A DNA stretch of 64,000 bases from the human T2T-CHM13v2.0 reference genome, Homo sapiens. Below, one piece after another: positions 59,849 to 64,000 of this stretch (positions are counted from its first letter, which is position 1; the number at the start of each line of letters is the position of its first letter). The translations under genes were made by a program, and so were the position numbers. The notes beneath the pieces were generated by a model. It was not told the origin of the DNA, searched no databases, and was given only the letters and a program-made list of their open reading frames with translations. The stretch is taken from assembly GCF_009914755.1 (NCBI RefSeq), contig NC_060930.1. The stretch is one strand, 5' to 3'.

Positions 59849-60533
59849 GTCGGGGGCATGGCGGTTCACGCATAAACCCAGCACCTTAGAAGGCCGAGAT
59901 GAGAGGATCGTTTGAGCCCAAGAGTCAGAGCCCAGCCTGGACAACATAGGGAGACCCCACCTCTACAAAAAAATAAAATAAAATATCACAAAATAAAATA
60001 AAAGAATTTATCTAGATAGATATGTCTGTCACAACTACTTTGAGAAAAGCTTCTGGAATATGACCAATAACCCCAGGACCCATCAATTTATGGCCACTCA
60101 TGAAATACCAAAGCACATGACTAGCAATATTTAAGGAGTCTTCCTACTCACTGTGAAGAAGCATCCAGAAGAAAAAAAAGTCATACATCATTTTAGAATA
60201 TTAAAAAGTCTGATAAGAGAATTTGATTAGTGTTTTTTTTTTTTTTTTTTTTGAGACAGAGTCTCACTCTGTCTCCCAGGCTGGAGTGCAGTGGCATGAT
60301 CTCAGCTCACTGCAACTTCTGCCTCCTGGGTTTTACGCCATTCTCCTGCCTCAGCCTCCCGAGTAGCTGGGACTACAGGCATGCACCAGCAACGCCCGGC
60401 TAATTTTCTTGTATTTTTAGTAGAGATGGGGTTTCACCATGTTTGTCGGGATGGTCTTGAACTCCTGACCTTGTGATCCACCCGCCTCGGCCTCCCAAAG
60501 TGCTGGGATTACAGGCATGAGCCACCGTGCCCG
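59849..60533. mobile_element. FLAM(+) and Alu(-) 60233-60533 with TSD GAGAATTTGATTAGT
   Basis: Consensus match and flanking repeat. Confidence 0.88.
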
Positions 60534-60734
60534 GTGAGAATTTGATTAGTTTTTGTCCTCATTTCAAGGAAGGCCACTTCCAGAATGAGGGCAGAAATGA
60601 AGTACGTCTTAAAACAAAGGCTAGGAGCAAAAGAGGGAATGGAAAATACAAACTAATTGGGAAGCATTCTGTGTACACACAGCCACATGCATGACGCTGG
60701 GTTTATGGCATGACTCTTCCATTTTCACCAAAGA

Positions 60735-61900
<1,166 letters not shown>

Positions 61901-62163
61901 GCACTAAATAGTTAGCCAGTTGACTAGTACCATATTTAATTGATCATCTACATAAGAGCTTCAGGACCTGTGGGTTAAATCTAGGCCAAAAAGAAAAATC
62001 TAGGCCAAAAGATATGGTCTCTTCACTCAAGAACTTGTAGGAGAATAGTTATTATAAAACAATTTTGAAGGCCATTATTGCTAAAAAAAATTCATATTAG
62101 TGCTGTTTATAAGGTTAAAAAATAGAAACAACCTAATTATCCAATTATAAGGTTTTATAAAAG

Positions 62164-62267
62164 TAGAGTGACTAATTCATCCTAGTTTGTACAGGACTTT
62201 CCAATAAAAGTTCTCTATCCCAAGAACCCTCTCCAACTGAGGCAAGTGGGAATGGTTGGTCACCCTA
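62164..62267. mobile_element. MER81-like hAT-Blackjack miniature element within decayed L1ME-like sequence
   Basis: Terminal inverted repeats TAGAGTGACTAA ... TTGGTCACCCTA, about 105 bp. Confidence 0.7.
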
Positions 62268-62651
62268 TAGCAATGCAGTAGACTAACAAGCAATTTCATT
62301 TAAAAATATGCTAACAAAGATTTTTTTTGAGGATATAGGAAAATGTTTATGATATAATGTTAAGCAACAACAAAAAAAGCAAAATTCAAAAGGCTATAAC
62401 CAGTATAATCTTAATCATGCAAATTACCAAAAAAAAAGTTTTTATAGAAAAATAACTGGTACAAAGTATGCTAAAAGGCTAACTGCAGTTGCCTCTATAT
62501 AGTGGGATTTTAGAAAATTTTCTTTGATGCTTCTTTACACTTAAATAATGTACTTCCCAAATTTTCTCTCAGTGAATATGCATTGCTTAATCGGGAAAAA
62601 AATTAAAGGAAAAAACAAATAATACATTTCTGGATGGAAATTAGCCTCTTA

Positions 62652-64000
<1,349 letters not shown>

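Overview
This is primate, almost certainly human, non-coding DNA (intergenic or deep intronic). It is extremely Alu-rich: by eye about 100 Alu copies or fragments covering roughly half the window, set among old L1M, L2, MIR, MaLR-LTR and hAT DNA-transposon relics. I found no protein-coding exon; the ORF track is essentially Alu, microsatellite and SVA-VNTR noise. The main feature is a human-specific SVA_F1 (MAST2-type) retrotransposon at 57385-59786, bounded by a perfect 14-bp TSD. Inside the TSDs it carries about 215 bp of extra 5' sequence (antisense MER21-like LTR) that appears to preserve the insertion site of its parent element, which would make it a 5'-transducing, second-generation copy. 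Other points of note are a truncated U3 snoRNA copy abutting an Alu, a short polyadenylated retro-insertion of unknown origin inside an L1, an Alu-mediated tandem duplication of a GGAA microsatellite, several inverted-Alu junctions, and a few repeat-free islands with enhancer-like motif clusters. Repeat family names come from my recall of consensus sequences, not from a database search, and repeat boundaries are approximate.
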